A stretch of 64,000 nucleotides of DNA from Hemiscyllium ocellatum. Lineage: Eukaryota. The notes beneath the pieces are model-generated. The model made no database searches. It was given only the letters and a program-made list of their open reading frames with translations, and was not told the DNA's origin. Location: NCBI RefSeq assembly GCF_020745735.1, contig NC_083440.1, positions 27,547,278 to 27,611,277 on the forward strand. Reading direction: 5' to 3'. Position 1 is the first letter of the stretch; each line of letters begins with the position of its first letter. Below, piece by piece: positions 37,881 to 51,303 of this stretch. Both the position numbers and the translations under genes were made by a program.

Positions 37881-39572
37881 ACCCCACTCCAGCCTATCAC
37901 CCTCACCTTGACCCACCCCCCACCCCACTCCAGCCTATCACCCTCACCTTGACCCACCCCCCACCCCACTCCAGCCTATCACCCTCACCTTGACCCACCC
38001 CCCACCCCACTCCAGCCTATCACCCTCACCTTGACCCACCCCCCACTCCAGCCTATCACCCTCACCTTGACCCACCCCACTCCAGCCTATCACCCTCACC
38101 TTGACCCACCCCACTCCAGCCTATCACCCTCACCTTGACCCACCCCACCCCACTCCAGCCTATCACCCTCACCTTCACCCACCCCCCACCACACTCCAGC
38201 CTATCACCCTCACCTTGACCCACCCCCCACCACACTCCAGCCTATCACTCTCACCTTGACCCACCCCACTCCAGCCTATCACCCTCACCTTGACCCACCC
38301 CCCACCCCACTCCAGCCTATCACCCTCACCTTGACCCACCCCCCACCCCACTCCAGCCTATCACCCTCACCTTGACCCACCCCACTCCAGCCTATCACCC
38401 TCACCTTGACCCACCCCCCACCCCACTCCAGCCTATCACCCTCACCTTGACCGCCCTCCCCCACTCCAGCCTATCACCCTCACCTTGACCCACCCCACTC
38501 CAGCCTATCACCCTCACCTTGACTCACCCCCCACCACACTCCAGCCTATCACCCTCACCTTGACCCACCCCACTCCAGCCTATCACCCTCACCTTGACCC
38601 CCCACCCCACTCCAGCCTATCACCCTCACCTTGACCCACCCCCACCCCACTCCACTCCAGCCTATCACCCTCACCTTGACTCACCCCCCACCACACTCCA
38701 GCCTATCACCCTCACCTTGACCCACCCCCCACCCCACTCCAGCCTATCACCCTCACCTTGACTCACCCCCCACCCCACTCCAGCCTATCACCCTCACCTT
38801 GACTCACCCCCCACCACACTCCAGCCTATCACCCTCACCTTGACCCACCCCACTCCCGCCTATCACCCTCACCTTGACCCACCCCCCACCCCACTCCAGC
38901 CTATCACCCTCACCTTGACCCACCCCCCACCCCACTCCAGCCTATCACTCTCACCTTGACCCACCCCACTCCAGCCAATCACCCTCACCTTGACCCACCC
39001 CCACCCCACTCCACTCCAGCCTATCACCCTCACCTTGACCCCCCACCCCACTCCAGCCTATCACCCTCACCTTGACCCACCCCACTCCAGCCTATCACCC
39101 TCACCTTGACCCACCCCCCACCCCACTCCAGCCTATCACCCTCACCTTGACCGCCCTCCCCCACTCCAGCCTACCACCCTCACCTTGACCGCCCCCACCC
39201 CACTCCAGCCTATCACCCTCACCTTGACCCCCCACCCCACTCCAGCCTATCACCCTCACCTTGACTCACCCCCCACCACACTCCAGCCTATCACCCTCAC
39301 CTTGACCCACCCCACTCCAGCCTATCACCCTCACCTTGACCCACCCCCCACCCCACTCCAGCCTATCACCCTCACCTTGACCGCCCTCCCCCACTCCAGC
39401 CTATCACCCTCACCTTGACCCACCCCACTCCAGCCTATCACCCTCACCTTGACACCCCACCCCACTCCAGCCTATCACCCTCACCTTGACCCCCCACCCC
39501 ACTCCAGCCTATCACCCTCACCTTGACCCACCCCACTCCAGCCTATCACCCTCACCTTGACCCCCCACCCCA
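37880..39572. repeat. C-rich ~31-40-bp minisatellite (ccccactccagcctatcaccctcaccttgacccac), about 48 copies
   Basis: Constant core with variable C-run spacers. Confidence 0.95.
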
Positions 39573-40049
39573 TTGTGTAATTTTGTGAATAAGTCCCTGT
39601 CGGTTTTAACATCTAGTAGTCAACCAAGCTACATCACTCCAGGTAATTTTCACTGTACATTTACTGAAACAAACAGCAAAGTTACGGTCTGGGCTGCCTG
39701 CGAGGAATGTTTTGAGTGGCCTGGTCTAGTCCATAACAGGCGAAACAGGCTGGGGTTAACAGGTTCCCCTATGCAGAGAACCTCGAGACCTGCCATACAG
39801 TTGTCTGAATATGGGAGACAGGAGGAGGAGGAGTGACGCTTTTGATGAGGGAGAACAGTACAGCCGTACTACGGGAGGATATTCCTGGGAGTGAGTCCAA
39901 TGAAGTTATTTGGAACTGAGAAACAAGAGAAAGGGATGGCCATCTTATTGGGATTATACTGTCGACACCAGCCCCCATCGTCAGTAGGAAATTGAGAAAC
40001 AAATATGTAAAAATGTCAGTTCTCTGTAAGAATAATAGGGTGGTCAAGG

Positions 40050-40350
40050 TAGATTAGATTACTTACAGTGTGGAAACAGGCCCTTCAGCCCACACCGACC
40101 CGCCAAAGCGCAACCCACCCATACCCCTACATTTACCCCTTATCTAACACTATGGGCAATGGTGCATGGCCAATTCATCTGACCTGCACATCTTTGGACT
40201 GTGGGAGGAAACCGGAGCACCGGAGGAAACCCACGCAGACACGGGGAGAACGTGCAAACTCCACACAGTCAGTCGCCTGAGTCGGGAATTGAACCCGGGT
40301 CTCTGGCGCTGAGAGGCATCAGTGCTAACCACTGTGCCACCGTGCCACCC
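40050..40350 (-). mobile_element. near-complete HE1-type tRNA-derived SINE
   Basis: The minus strand has a tRNA-like head (gtggcacagtggttagcact...ccgggttcaattcccg), the SINE body and an aatct tail. Confidence 0.9.
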
Positions 40351-40739
40351 ACTAATTAGGGGATTTTAACTTTCCAAACAAAGACTGGGACTGCCATCAG
40401 GTGAAGGGTTTAGATGGAGAGGAATTTATTAAGTGTGCAGAAGAAAGATTTCCGATTCAGTGTGTGGGTGTACCTACTAGAGAAGGTGCAAAGCATGACC
40501 GACTCCTGGAAAATAAGGCAGGGCAGGTGACTGAGGGGTCAGTGGGGGAGCACCGTGGGGATAGTGATCATAATTCTGTCAGTTCCAAAAACAATGAGAG
40601 AAAAGGGAAGACCAGATTTAAAATTTTACATTTTAAAGTGGAGGAATCCCAATTTTGACAGTATTAGGTCAGAACATTCAAAAGTTGATTGGGTCCAGAT
40701 ATTGGGGCCTGTTCTGTGCTGTATTGTACTATGTTCTAT

Positions 40740-41460
40740 TAGTCAGGTCTACGCGCCCTCCCGACCAGCCCACACCCCACACTTTTCCCTGTCACCGCAC
40801 ACCACTCCCCTCACCTCCATCCAAAGCCCCAAGGGATCCTTCCACACCCATCAGAGATTCACCTGCATCCTCTACCGATGTTATGTACTGTGTCCGTTGT
40901 ACCCGATGTGGTCTCCTCCACCTCAGGGAGACAGGACGCCTTCTCGCGGATCGTTTCAGAGAACATCTCTGGGACCCCCGTACCCACCAACCCCACAGCT
41001 GAACACTTCAACTCCCCCTCTCATTCCTGGGCAGGTCCTGGGCCTCCCCCATCCCCAGACCCTAACCACCCGACATCTGGAGGAGGAATGCTTCATGTTC
41101 AGCCTTGGGGCCCTGCAACTACACAGGATCAAGGTGGATTTCAACATCTTCCTCATTCCCCCCACCCCCCCATGACCCCTCCAACTTGGTATCGCCCTCC
41201 TGACACATCCATCACTCCCCCACTCTGACCTATCACCTTCTCCCCCACTTTCATCCACTTATCACTTTCCCAGCTACCTCCTCCCCACCCCAACCCCAAC
41301 CCCCCCTCCCACTTATCTCTCAGTCCTGACCCACAAGCCTCATTCCTGATGAAGGGCTCTTGCCTGTAATGTCGATTCACCTGCTCCCTCGGATGCTGCC
41401 TGACCTGCTGTGCTTTTCCAGCACCACAGTCTCGACTCTGATCTCCAGCATCTGCAGTTT
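40740..41460 (+). mobile_element. Penelope-like GIY-YIG fragment with its 3' tail
   Basis: VMYCVRCTRCGLLHLRETGRLLADRFREHL; tail cattcctgatgaagggctcttgcc...ctgatctccagcatctgcag. Confidence 0.85.
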
Positions 41461-43479
41461 CCTGGGGCCAGATATTCACAGGAAAAGGGACAGCTAGAAA
41501 ATGGGCAGCCTTCAGAAATGAGATCGAGAGCCCAGAGACGGGATGTTCCGGTTAGTGTGAAGGGCAGCTAGTAGGTGTAGGACGAGCTGGGTGACTAGAG
41601 AGATCGAAACTCGGGTCAAGATCATATGTCAGGGATAGACAGCAGGGATTGGGTTAACCCCTAAAGTATAGGGGCGAGAGGAGAGCAGAAAGGGGACATG
41701 AGATAGCTTTGGCAAACAGGATTAAGGATTCTATGAAGACTTTAATGACAAAAGGATAACTAGGGAGAGTATAGGGCCCCTCAAAGATCAGCAAGGCAGC
41801 CTATCTGTGGAACCGCAGGAGATGGAGGAGATAATAAATGCATATTTTGAATCAGTGTTTACCGTGGAGAAGGACATGGAAGATATAGAACTTGGAGAAA
41901 TAAACAGTGATATCTAGAAAAATGGCCATGTTACAGAGGATGTGGTGCTGGATATCTTAAATAGCATAAAGGTGGATAAATGCTTGGAACCTGACCAGGT
42001 GTACCCTAGATCTCTGAGGGAAGTGATTGCTGGGCCTCTTGCTGAGATATTTGTATCATCGATGGTCACAGGTGAGGTGCTGGAAGACTGGAGGTTGGCA
42101 GATGTGGTGTCACTGTTTAAGAAGGGTGGTAAGGACAAGTCAGGGAACTACAGACCAGTGAGCCTGACCTCGGTGGTGGGCAAGTTGTTGGAGGGAATCC
42201 TGAGGGATAGGAAGTACATGTATTTGGAAAGGCAAGGACTGATTCGGGATAGTCAACATGGCTTTGTGCATGGGAAATCATGTCTCACAAACTTGATTGG
42301 GTTTTGTGAAGAAGTAACAATGAGGATTGATGAGGACAGAGCGGTAGATGTGATCTATATGGACTTCAGTAAGGCGTTCGACAGGGATCCCCGTGGGAGA
42401 CTGATGAGCAAGGTTAGATCTCATGGAATACAGGGAGAACTAGCCATTTGGATACAGAACTGACTCAAAGGTAGAAGACAGAGGGTGGTGGTGGAGGGTT
42501 GTTTTTCAGACTGGAGGCCTGTGACCAGTGGAGTGCCACAAGGATCGGTGCTGGGCCCTCTACTTTTTGTCATTTACATAAATGATTTGGATGCAAGCAT
42601 AAGAGGTCCAGTTAGTAAGTTTGCAGATGACCCCAAAATTGGAGGTGTAGTGGACAGCGAAGAGGGTTACCCCAGATTACAACAGGATCTGGACCAGATG
42701 GGCCAATGTGCTGAGAAGTGGCAGATGGAGTTTAATTCAGATAAATGCGAGGTGCTGCATTTTGGGAAAGCAAATCTTAGCAGATTTATACACTTAATGG
42801 TAAGGTCCTAGGGAGTGTTGCTGAACAAAGAGACTTTGGAGTGTAGGTTCATTGCTCTTTGAAAGTGGAGTCGCAGGTCGATAGGATAGTGAAGGCAGCG
42901 TTTGATATGCTTTCGTTTATTGGTCAGAGTATTGATTACAGGAGTTGGGAGGTCATGTTGAGACCATTTCTGGAAGACTGTATTCAATTCTGGCCTCCCT
43001 ACTGTAGGATGTTGTGAAACCTGAAAGGGTTCAGAAAAGATTGAGAAGGATGTTGAAAGGGTCGGAGGGTATGAACTATAGGGAGAGGCTGAATAAGCTG
43101 GGGCTGTTTTCCCTGGAGCATCACAAGATGAAAAATGACCTTAAGAGAAGTTTATAAAATCACGAGGGACGTGGAAAGGGTGAACTGCCAAGGGGTTTTC
43201 TCCAAGGTAGGGGGAGTCCAAAACTAGAGGGCAGAGGGACCTGAGGGGCAACGTTTTCACACAGGGGGTGGTACGTGTATAGAACGAGCTGCCAAAGGAA
43301 GTGGTGGGGGCTGGTTCAATTGCAACATTTAAAAGACATGTGGTTGGGTATAAGAATAGGAAAAGTTCTGAGGACAACAGCCAAGTGCTGGCAAACGGGA
43401 CTATTTTTGGTTCGGATATCTGGTCGGCCTGGATGAGTTGGACTGGAGGATCTATGACTCTAAATGAAACCTAACGGAC

Positions 43480-45400
43480 CATTTATCATCAGCATTGGCA
43501 CCAGAAAAGATAACCGCAGATACAGCCCTGGTGACCCTGCAGAGCCCTCCTCACTAACATGGGGAGAGCTGTCTCACACGGGACAAGCAACAGCCCCCAT
43601 TGTTATACTTTCAAGTACCTTACAATGTCCCAGACCCCGGCATTACCATCTCCATCCCTGGGACAGGTCCTGTCCCACCAGCAGGGCAGACCCAGCAGTG
43701 GTGGCAGCACACAGTGGGATACAGTCGGGAAGGAGTGGCCCTGGGAGTCCTCAACACTGACCCAACGAACCCTCAAGTTAAATCCAGGCAAGGGGAGCTC
43801 CTGCTGATAACCACGCACCGTCATCCCTTGGCTGATGAATCAGCGCTCCTCCACGTCGAACACCATTTGCAAGAGGATGGGCAAGGATGTAATATGTACT
43901 CTGGGTGGGGGATTTCAACGTTCCCCACCAAGAGTGGCCAATGCAGCAGCAGCAGCATGACCGATGGGGTCCGAAAGGACATTGCCGCGAGCCTGGGTCT
44001 GCGGCAGGAGGTGAGAGAACCAACCAGAGGGAAAAGCACACCTGACCTCACATTGACCCATCTCCCAGCTGCAGATACATCCGTCCGTGACAGTACCGCG
44101 AACGGTGGCCACTGTCCAGTCATTGTGGAGGCAAGTCCTGCCTTCCCACTGAGAATACCCTCCCCCGTGTTGCGTGGCACTGACACCGTGACAGACTTGG
44201 AACCTCTCGGGCGACTCAAGACTGGTCTCCCATGAGGCACCGTGGGCCATCAACAGCAGCAGAACGGTCCTCCAGCATAATCCGTGACCTCGTGGCCTGG
44301 TATATCCCCCACGGAATCATTCCCATCAAACCACAGGACCAACCCTGGGTCAATGGAGAGAGGCAGGAACAGCACCAATCGTACCTGAAGGTGAGGGGCC
44401 ACCCTGGTGAAAAGCCACCACATAGCATGAGCAGCAAGCGATAGGCAGAGGAAGGGAGCCCACAGCCAACAGATCAGATTACACTCTTCAGTCCGGCTGA
44501 GTCGTAAATGGCGGTCGTAAATTAAACGCCACACTGGAGGGGGGGAAATTCGAAACATGTCCCCATCCTCGATGACAGAAGAGCCCAGCAACATCGGTGC
44601 AGAAGATCAGGATGAAGCTATCACAGTAACCAGACGTGCTGAGCGGATGATCCATCTCAGTCTTCCCCAGGGGGGGTCTCCAACGTTACAGAAAGCAGTC
44701 TTCAGCTCATTCTATTCTATTCTATCACGCGATATCAAGAAATGGCTAGAGATACTGGATACTGCAAAGGCGATGGCAACAGCACTGAAGGGGTACTCCC
44801 AAGGATTTACAGCTCATCCAGCCAAACTCTTCCAACACAGTTACAACACTGGTCTCCGCCCAGCCATGTGCAAAACTGCCCTTCACACAAAACACAAGCA
44901 GAACTGGGATCGATGGTTATTCATCGGCAAACTCTCCACTGGTTCCTCACACCTGGCACATAGGAAGATGGTTGTGGTTGTTGGAGGGTCAGTCATCTCT
45001 GCAGGAGGTCCTCAGGGTCATGTCCTGGGCCCCAACCATCTTCAGCTGCTTCATCAATGACCTCCTCTCCATCCCAAGGTCTGAAGGGGGAATGGTCACC
45101 GCTGACTACACTGTGTTCAGTCCCATTTGCGACTACTCAATGCTGAAGCAGTCCATGTTCAAATGTAACAAGATCTGGACAGTATCCAGGCTTGGGCTGA
45201 CAAGTGGCAAGTAACATTCACGCCACACAAATGCCAAGCTATAGTCATCATCAATAAGAGATGGACTAACCACCGCACCTTGACATCCCTCAATCTCAAC
45301 ATCCTGAGGGTTATGACTGATCAGAAACTCAACTGGACTCACACACACAGTGACGACAAGAGCAGGTCAGAGGCTGGGAATCCTGTAGCAAGTAACCCCC
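43480..45400 (+). mobile_element. L2-like LINE, heavily deleted (endonuclease and RT remnants)
   Basis: DIAASLGLRQEVREPTRGKSTPDLTLTHLPAAD (endonuclease region) and GGPQGHVLGP (RT region). Confidence 0.75.
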
Positions 45401-46139
45401 CCCCCCCCCCCCCCACTCCTGACTCCCCCAAAACCCGTCCCACCATCGACAAGGCAGAAGTGGGTGCTGAGATTGCCGGGGGTTAGAGTGGTGCCGGAAA
45501 AGCACAGGTCAGGCAACATCCGAGGAGCAGGAGAATCATGAGGGGATCGGGACCCAGCGCTCAGTCTGGACCAGGACCTGCCAGAGCTAACCTGGAGCTC
45601 GGTGACAGTCCGGGAGAGTCACGCCCGGACTATGAACGCGCTGACCGAGGTGCAGGGAACTCTCTCAGATATCAGGAGCCAAAATGTCGTCTCTGCAGCA
45701 GCACCCACGGGGTCACGGATACTCCATCAGATGAACCAAAACCGGAGGCTAATTCACAGCGGTGAGCTAACTCAGCGCTTGGGGTGGAGTGGCAGCGTTC
45801 TCCCTCTGAGCCAGGGCTCGGGTCCTACCTCCTCCCCCGCAGGTAAGGCCAGGTTGCTGGGGGAATACATCTCCTCCCACCCCCACTGTGGAGCACTGAC
45901 CCAGAACCTGTTTTAGCCTGCGATAGCACTGTAGCCACACAAGCGACTGGGAAATGAGCCAAATTAAAAAGCCGAGAGGCTGCTGGGAAAACAGAGACGA
46001 GAGACTGAAACTGCTGGAAAAAACTCAGCGGGTCTGACAGCACCACCGGAGAGGAATCAGAGAGTTACCGTTTCGGCTCCTGTGACCCCTTCCTCAGATC
46101 GGAGATCTCAGATTCCTCGCCACAGGATGTTGCCTGGGA

Positions 46140-46515
46140 TAGACACAGAGAGACTTGAGGCTGTTTGCGTGAGAGAGGAGGTTAAAAAGGTGACTTAATA
46201 GAGACATACAAGACGATGAGAGGAATAGATGGGGTGGACAGTGAGAGCCTTTTCCCACTGATGGTGATGGCTAGCACGAGGGGACATTGAGGAGTGATCG
46301 ATATAGGACAGATGCCAGAGGTACCTTCCTTGCTCAGAGTCAGAGGGGTGTGGCTTGCAGCAGGAGTGGTCTCACCAACTTTAAGGACGTTGAAATGGTC
46401 ATTGGGTAAACATATGGGGAGGAGTGCAGGATAGATGGGCCTCAGATTGGCTCCACAGGTCGGCACACCATCGAGGGCCGAAGGGCCTGTACTGCGCTGG
46501 CACGTTCTTTGTTTT
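46140..46515 (+). mobile_element. CR1 3' end fragment
   Basis: ggtgacttaatagagacatacaag...gagggccgaagggcctgtactg is the CR1 3' signature. Confidence 0.75.
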
Positions 46516-47130
46516 AGTTGCTGCAAGGACCTGCTGAGCTTTTCCAGCTATTTCTGGTTTTGTTTTCACTGGCTGGAACGGCCATCATTCACGACCAGGG
46601 TCTGGCACGGCCGGGACTGAGAGCTGGAAGCAGACACGGCTCACGGTGAAGGTCAGGCCAGGGGGTCCCAGAACGGCACTCAGGGTTCCCATGAGCAACT
46701 GGAGACATGTTCGCCGAGCTGAACGTGAAGGACGGGAGGCTGCCCATCAAACCCTGGTACTTCCCAGACACCGTCAGGAGACACTGGAGGACCGCATTGC
46801 TGGCAGCTTGACTGCGGTCACTTGTGGTCACCACTGGCTGGGGTCGCTGCTGGGAAATGGCCAGCACAAACAGTTTCTGGAACTGCTCTGTGCTTCAGTT
46901 GGCAATGCCCTGTCTGGAGGTGAAGCTACGACTTTCATTGGCGAAGATGCCAAATCAGTTCTGAGCAGTGAAACAACTCCACCCACAGCTGAGTCCTTAA
47001 ATACTCCCAACTACGGCGAGGCCAGACGACACATCTTCTCCAAACTCACGGTCACACTCCACCTGGACTTGGGAATATGGTGTAGCAGCCTGGCCAAGCA
47101 GCAAAGGATGCTGGGTACATTGGCCAAGCA

Positions 47131-47281
47131 CAGGCGAACCTCGATTATCCGAATGTTGGATTATCCAGCAAGATCCCAATGCTCGGCTGAACTATGTTAT
47201 CAGGTATTTGATTATCCGGATTTCGATGAACCATATGAAAGAGTCCCCACCCGGGTCCTTTGGGGAATCGAGGTTCCTCTG
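47131..47281. mobile_element. Tc1/mariner (Tigger/pogo-like) MITE, about 150 bp
   Basis: Terminal inverted repeats caggcgaacctcgattatccgaa and cagaggaacctcgattccccaaa (18/23 match); TA on the right flank, CA on the left. Confidence 0.6.
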
Positions 47282-47394
47282 TAAAACTCGGAAATTCACA
47301 AAACCGACTTCCATCAGAACAAATACAGGTGGCAGGTGCTAATGATGCTAGCACATTATGAGCAACGGTTATTCTGGAGACACATCCCCGACAC

Positions 47395-48445
47395 CGTGGG
47401 GTGGCATGGCGACTCAGTGGTTAGCACTGCAGCCTCACAGTGCCAGGGACCCAGGTTTGATTCCAGCCCCGTGGCAACTCTGTGTGTGTGTGTGTGTGTG
47501 TGTGTGGAGTTTGCACATTCTCCCCGTGTTTGCATGGATTTCCTCCAGGTTCCTCCCACATTGGCCATGCTAAATTACCCATAGTGTTCAGGGATGTGTA
47601 GGTTAGGGTGGATTGGCCATGCTAAATTACCCCATAGTGTTCAGGGATGTGTAGGTTAGGGTGGATTGGCCATGCTAAATTACCCCATAGTGTTCAGGGA
47701 TGTGTAGGTTAGGGTGGATTGGCTGTGCTAAATTACCCCATAGTGTTCAGGGATGTGCAGGTTAGGGTGGATTGGCCATGCTAAATTACCTCATAGTGTT
47801 CAGGGATGTGTAGGTTAGGGTGGATTGGCCATGCTAAATTACCCCATAGTGTTCAGTGATGTGCAGGTTAGGGTGGATTGGCCATGCTAAATTACCTCAT
47901 AGTGTTCAGTGATGTGCAGGTTAGGGTGGATTGGCCATGCTAAATTACCCATAATGTACAGGGATGTGCAGGTTAGGGTGGATTGGCCATGCTAAATTAC
48001 CCCATAGTGTTCAGGGATGTGTAGGTTAGGGTGGATTGGCCATGCTAAATTACCTCATAGTGTTCAGTGATGTGCAGGTTAGGGTGGATTGGCCATGCTA
48101 AATTACCCCATAGTGTTCAGGGATGTGTAGGTTAGGGTGGATTGGCCATGCTAAATTACCCATAGTGTTCAGGGATGTGCAGGTTAGGGTGGATTGGCCA
48201 TGCTAAATTACCCCATAGTGTTCAGGGATGTGCAGGTTAGGGTGGATTGGCCATGCTAAATTACCCCATAGTGTTCAGGGATGTGCAGGTTAGGGTGGAT
48301 TGGCCATGCTAAATTACCCATAGTGTTAGGTGCATTAGTCAGAGGGAGATGTGTCTGGGTGGGTCGTTCTTTGGAGGGTCAGTTTAGACTTGTTGGGCCA
48401 AAGGGCCTGTTTCCACACTGTAAGCAATCTAATCTAATCGAATCG
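47395..48445 (+). mobile_element. HE1-type SINE with an internal expansion of the 53-bp unit (about 14 copies at 47575-48325)
   Basis: tRNA-like head (A box tggcgactcagtggtta, B box ggtttgattcc), then the array, then the SINE 3' body and an aatct tail. Confidence 0.9.
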
Positions 48446-48594
48446 AAACTTACCCAGTCAACAGAGTGCCCAGATAGCAAGGCACCAGCTCTCTGCTACA
48501 CAAACTGACCAACAGCAGCTTCTGAAATGATCACATGTTTCAAACCATTCAATGCATCTCCCTGATTGGCCAGAACAATAGGAAGCTCCAGAAA

Positions 48595-49270
48595 ATAACA
48601 TTGGAGTTGGATGTGAGCATAAGAGGGACAGTTAGTGAGGTGTAGTGGACAGCGAAGAGGGTTACCTCAGGTTACAACAGGATCTGGACCAGATGGGCCA
48701 TTGGGCTGAGAAGTGGCAGATGGAGTTTAATTCAGATAAATGTGAGATGCTGCATTTTGGGAAAGCAAATCTTAGCAGGATTTACCATTTAAATGTATAA
48801 GGTCCGAGGGTGTATTACTGAACAAAGAGACCTTGGAGTACAGGTTCATAGCTCCTTGAAAGTGGAGTCGCAGGTAGATAGGATAGTGAAGGCAGCGTTT
48901 GGTATGCTTTCCTTTATTGGTCAGAGTATTGAGTACAGGAGTTGGGAGGTCATGTTGTGGCTGTACAGGACATTGGTTAGGCCACTGTTGGAATATTGGG
49001 TGCAATTCTGGTCTCCTTCCCATCGGAAAGGTGTTGTGAAACTTGAAAGGGTTCAGGAAAGATTTACAAGGATGTTGCCAGGGTTGGAGGGTCTGAGCTA
49101 CAGGGAGAGGCTGAACAGGCTGGGGCTGTTTTCCCTGGAGCATCGGAGGCTGAGGGGTGACCTTATAGAGGTTTATAAAATCATGAAGGGCATGGAGAGG
49201 GTAAATAGACAAAGTCTTTTCCCTGGGGTGGGGGAGTCCAGAACTAGAGGGCATAGGGTTAGAGAGGGGA
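48595..49270 (+). mobile_element. CR1 RT 3' fragment
   Basis: EQRDLGVQVHSSLKVESQVDRIVK...YWVQFWSP...RLRGDLIEVYKIM. Confidence 0.93.
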
Positions 49271-50262
49271 AAGATATAAGGTCAAAGTTTTGGGGGTGGA
49301 GGCTGGGGGAGTGTGGGGGCTGGGTGATGGGAAGAAGGTGCAGAGGAGATGGTCCAGGCGTCTGCGCACAAAGCAAGCCTTGCCCAGCGACAGGATGCTG
49401 GAACGGAGCTCAGCTCCCAATGCCAAGCCTGAGGTGAACTAACTCTCGGGAAGTGACCAGCGTTGGGGTGGAAACGACACGGGTGGGAAGATTCAGACAG
49501 TGTCTGTGCTCGTGTACGTGTCTGTGTGTGCGCGAGAGTGCACGTGTGAGAGCGTGTGCATGAGAGTGACTGTGCATGTCGCTGAGAGTGTGCGTGTCTG
49601 TGTCTGAGGGTGCGCTAGCAAGTGTCTGTGTGCATGTGAGTGTGCGCGTGCGCCTCCCCTAAAATAAAACTAAACCAGGCCAGTGTAAGGATCATCTCGG
49701 TACATCGAGTGCAGCATCGGCATTATTGAACTGTGCTTCCAAGTTCAGTTTTCACCTCCATCCAGAACACCAATTTTTTTTTTGTGTGTCATATGTGGCG
49801 AGGGATTGAAGGGGAAGTGAAACGAGTCGTTGTGCGTCTTACCTGTGGTTAGAACCTGATTTATTCATAAACGCTTGCGGAGTCTGTTAAGTGTCAGCGT
49901 GTTCTTTCAGATGACCCCGGTCTATCAGGGCAGGGGTTTCCGTGACCTTGCGCCAAACGCTTCATGTTGGGTGGAGCCTCTGGGAAGGAGCGGGGGGGGG
50001 GGCCGGTTTCCAGGTGCCCCCACCTCGGTGAGGAGCTGAAAGCATCGTCGGGGCCCACCACGCTCCTCCGTTCGAGCAGCCGGGGGGGTTTGAGGCCGAA
50101 TACCTGACCACAGCGAGGACGGAGCTGACAGGAGGCAGGGGTCTCTCCCATCGTCCCGCTGCTCTGGCTCCCGGAGGGGCGAGGAGGGGGTCGGGAATCG
50201 AGCAGGAACACCAACCAGACGGAGCGGCCCACGCTGGGTGGGAGAGACTGCACGATCAAGGT

Positions 50263-50268
50263 TTTATT
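50263..50268 (-). terminator. candidate poly(A) signal AATAAA for the zinc-finger gene (a second candidate at 49860-49865)
   Basis: Hexamer on the minus strand about 1 kb after the stop codon; position only, no transcript evidence. Confidence 0.35.
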
Positions 50269-50514
50269 GCGATATAAGATCTCGACAGGAATACAGTTAC
50301 AACAGGCAATGGCAGGGGGGTGGAGGGGGAAACAGACCCTGGGAACCTGCGCCGGTACAACTGGGACGTGTCGCAAACTATTTACAAAATCCTGAAAATA
50401 GGACCAATATCTGACAGGCAGAACCTCGACTCTTCGCTGAGCGAAAAGAACTCGGGATGGCCAAAGGGGAGAGGGCCGGACAGGATGGGGGTATTGAGGC
50501 AGGGATTGGGGGAG

Positions 50515-50930
50515 GGGGGGGGAGAAGGGGGGGGGGGAAGAGAGGGGGGAAGAGAGGGGGGGTGAAGAGAGGGGGGAAGAGAGGGGGGAAGAGAGGGGGG
50601 GAAGAGAGGGGGGAAGAGAGGGGGGGTGAGAGAGAGGGGGAAGAGGGGGGAAGAGAGGGGGGAAGAGAGAGAGAGGGGAGAGAGAGGGAGAGAGAGAGGG
50701 GGAGGGGGGAAGAGGGGGGGGACGAGAGAGGGGGGGACGAGAGAGGGGGAGACGAGGGGGGGAAGAGAGTGGGGGAAGAGAGAGGGGGGAAGTGAGAGGG
50801 GGGAAAGAGAGAGGGGGGAAGAGGGAGGGGGAGAAAGGGAGGGGGGAAGGGAGGGGGGAAGAGAGGGGGGAAGAGAGGGAAGAGAGTAAGAGATAGAGAG
50901 AAAGAGATAGAGAAAAAGAGTGAGAGCGAG
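50515..50930. repeat. purine-rich (GGA/GAG) low-complexity tract
   Basis: Direct inspection. Confidence 0.9.
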
Positions 50931-51303
50931 AGAATGGTTGGTGGAGGGGAGGGGAGAATGAGGAGGCCTGGCCCTCCCTCCAGCCCCTTGGAGTCGAGGA
51001 GGAGAGAGACCAGGTATGGCCCACCTCTCTGGGGCTACCCAGAGGCAAGACCCCGCCCCTCCATTTCGCCAGCTCCTCTCAGGATGGGGAGGGTGGGGGG
51101 AAAGGGAGCCCCTTTTCCCACCTGCCCTCCAGACCCACTCCTCGAAGTGTGGATCCTCCCCTCACACTCCCACCCCTCTGAGGGGAGGAGGAGGGGGGTG
51201 GGGGGGGGGGAATAGGAAACCCCCTCCTCTGACAGGAAGCCAGGGAGATTGTTGGGGGAAGGGGTGCGCCCCGTGACCCACGCACCTCAGGGGGGAGAGG
51301 GCC

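Larger units (their letters stand above)
39790..43460 (+). mobile_element. long decayed CR1 LINE (endonuclease and RT) carrying a nested SINE and a nested Penelope fragment
   Basis: Endonuclease pieces NRVV...GDFNFP and PTREGAKHDRLL; RT pieces NYRPVSLTSVVGKLLE, MDFSKAFD, GVPQGSVLGPLLF and KFADDPKI. Confidence 0.9.

Noticed and set aside
47395-47475. tRNA gene
   Set aside because: The A and B boxes belong to a SINE head; there is no cloverleaf, and SINE body sequence follows.
49894-51048. 384-aa minus ORF downstream of the zinc-finger stop
   Set aside because: It is built largely on a CT-rich low-complexity tract in the probable 3' UTR, with no recognisable domain.
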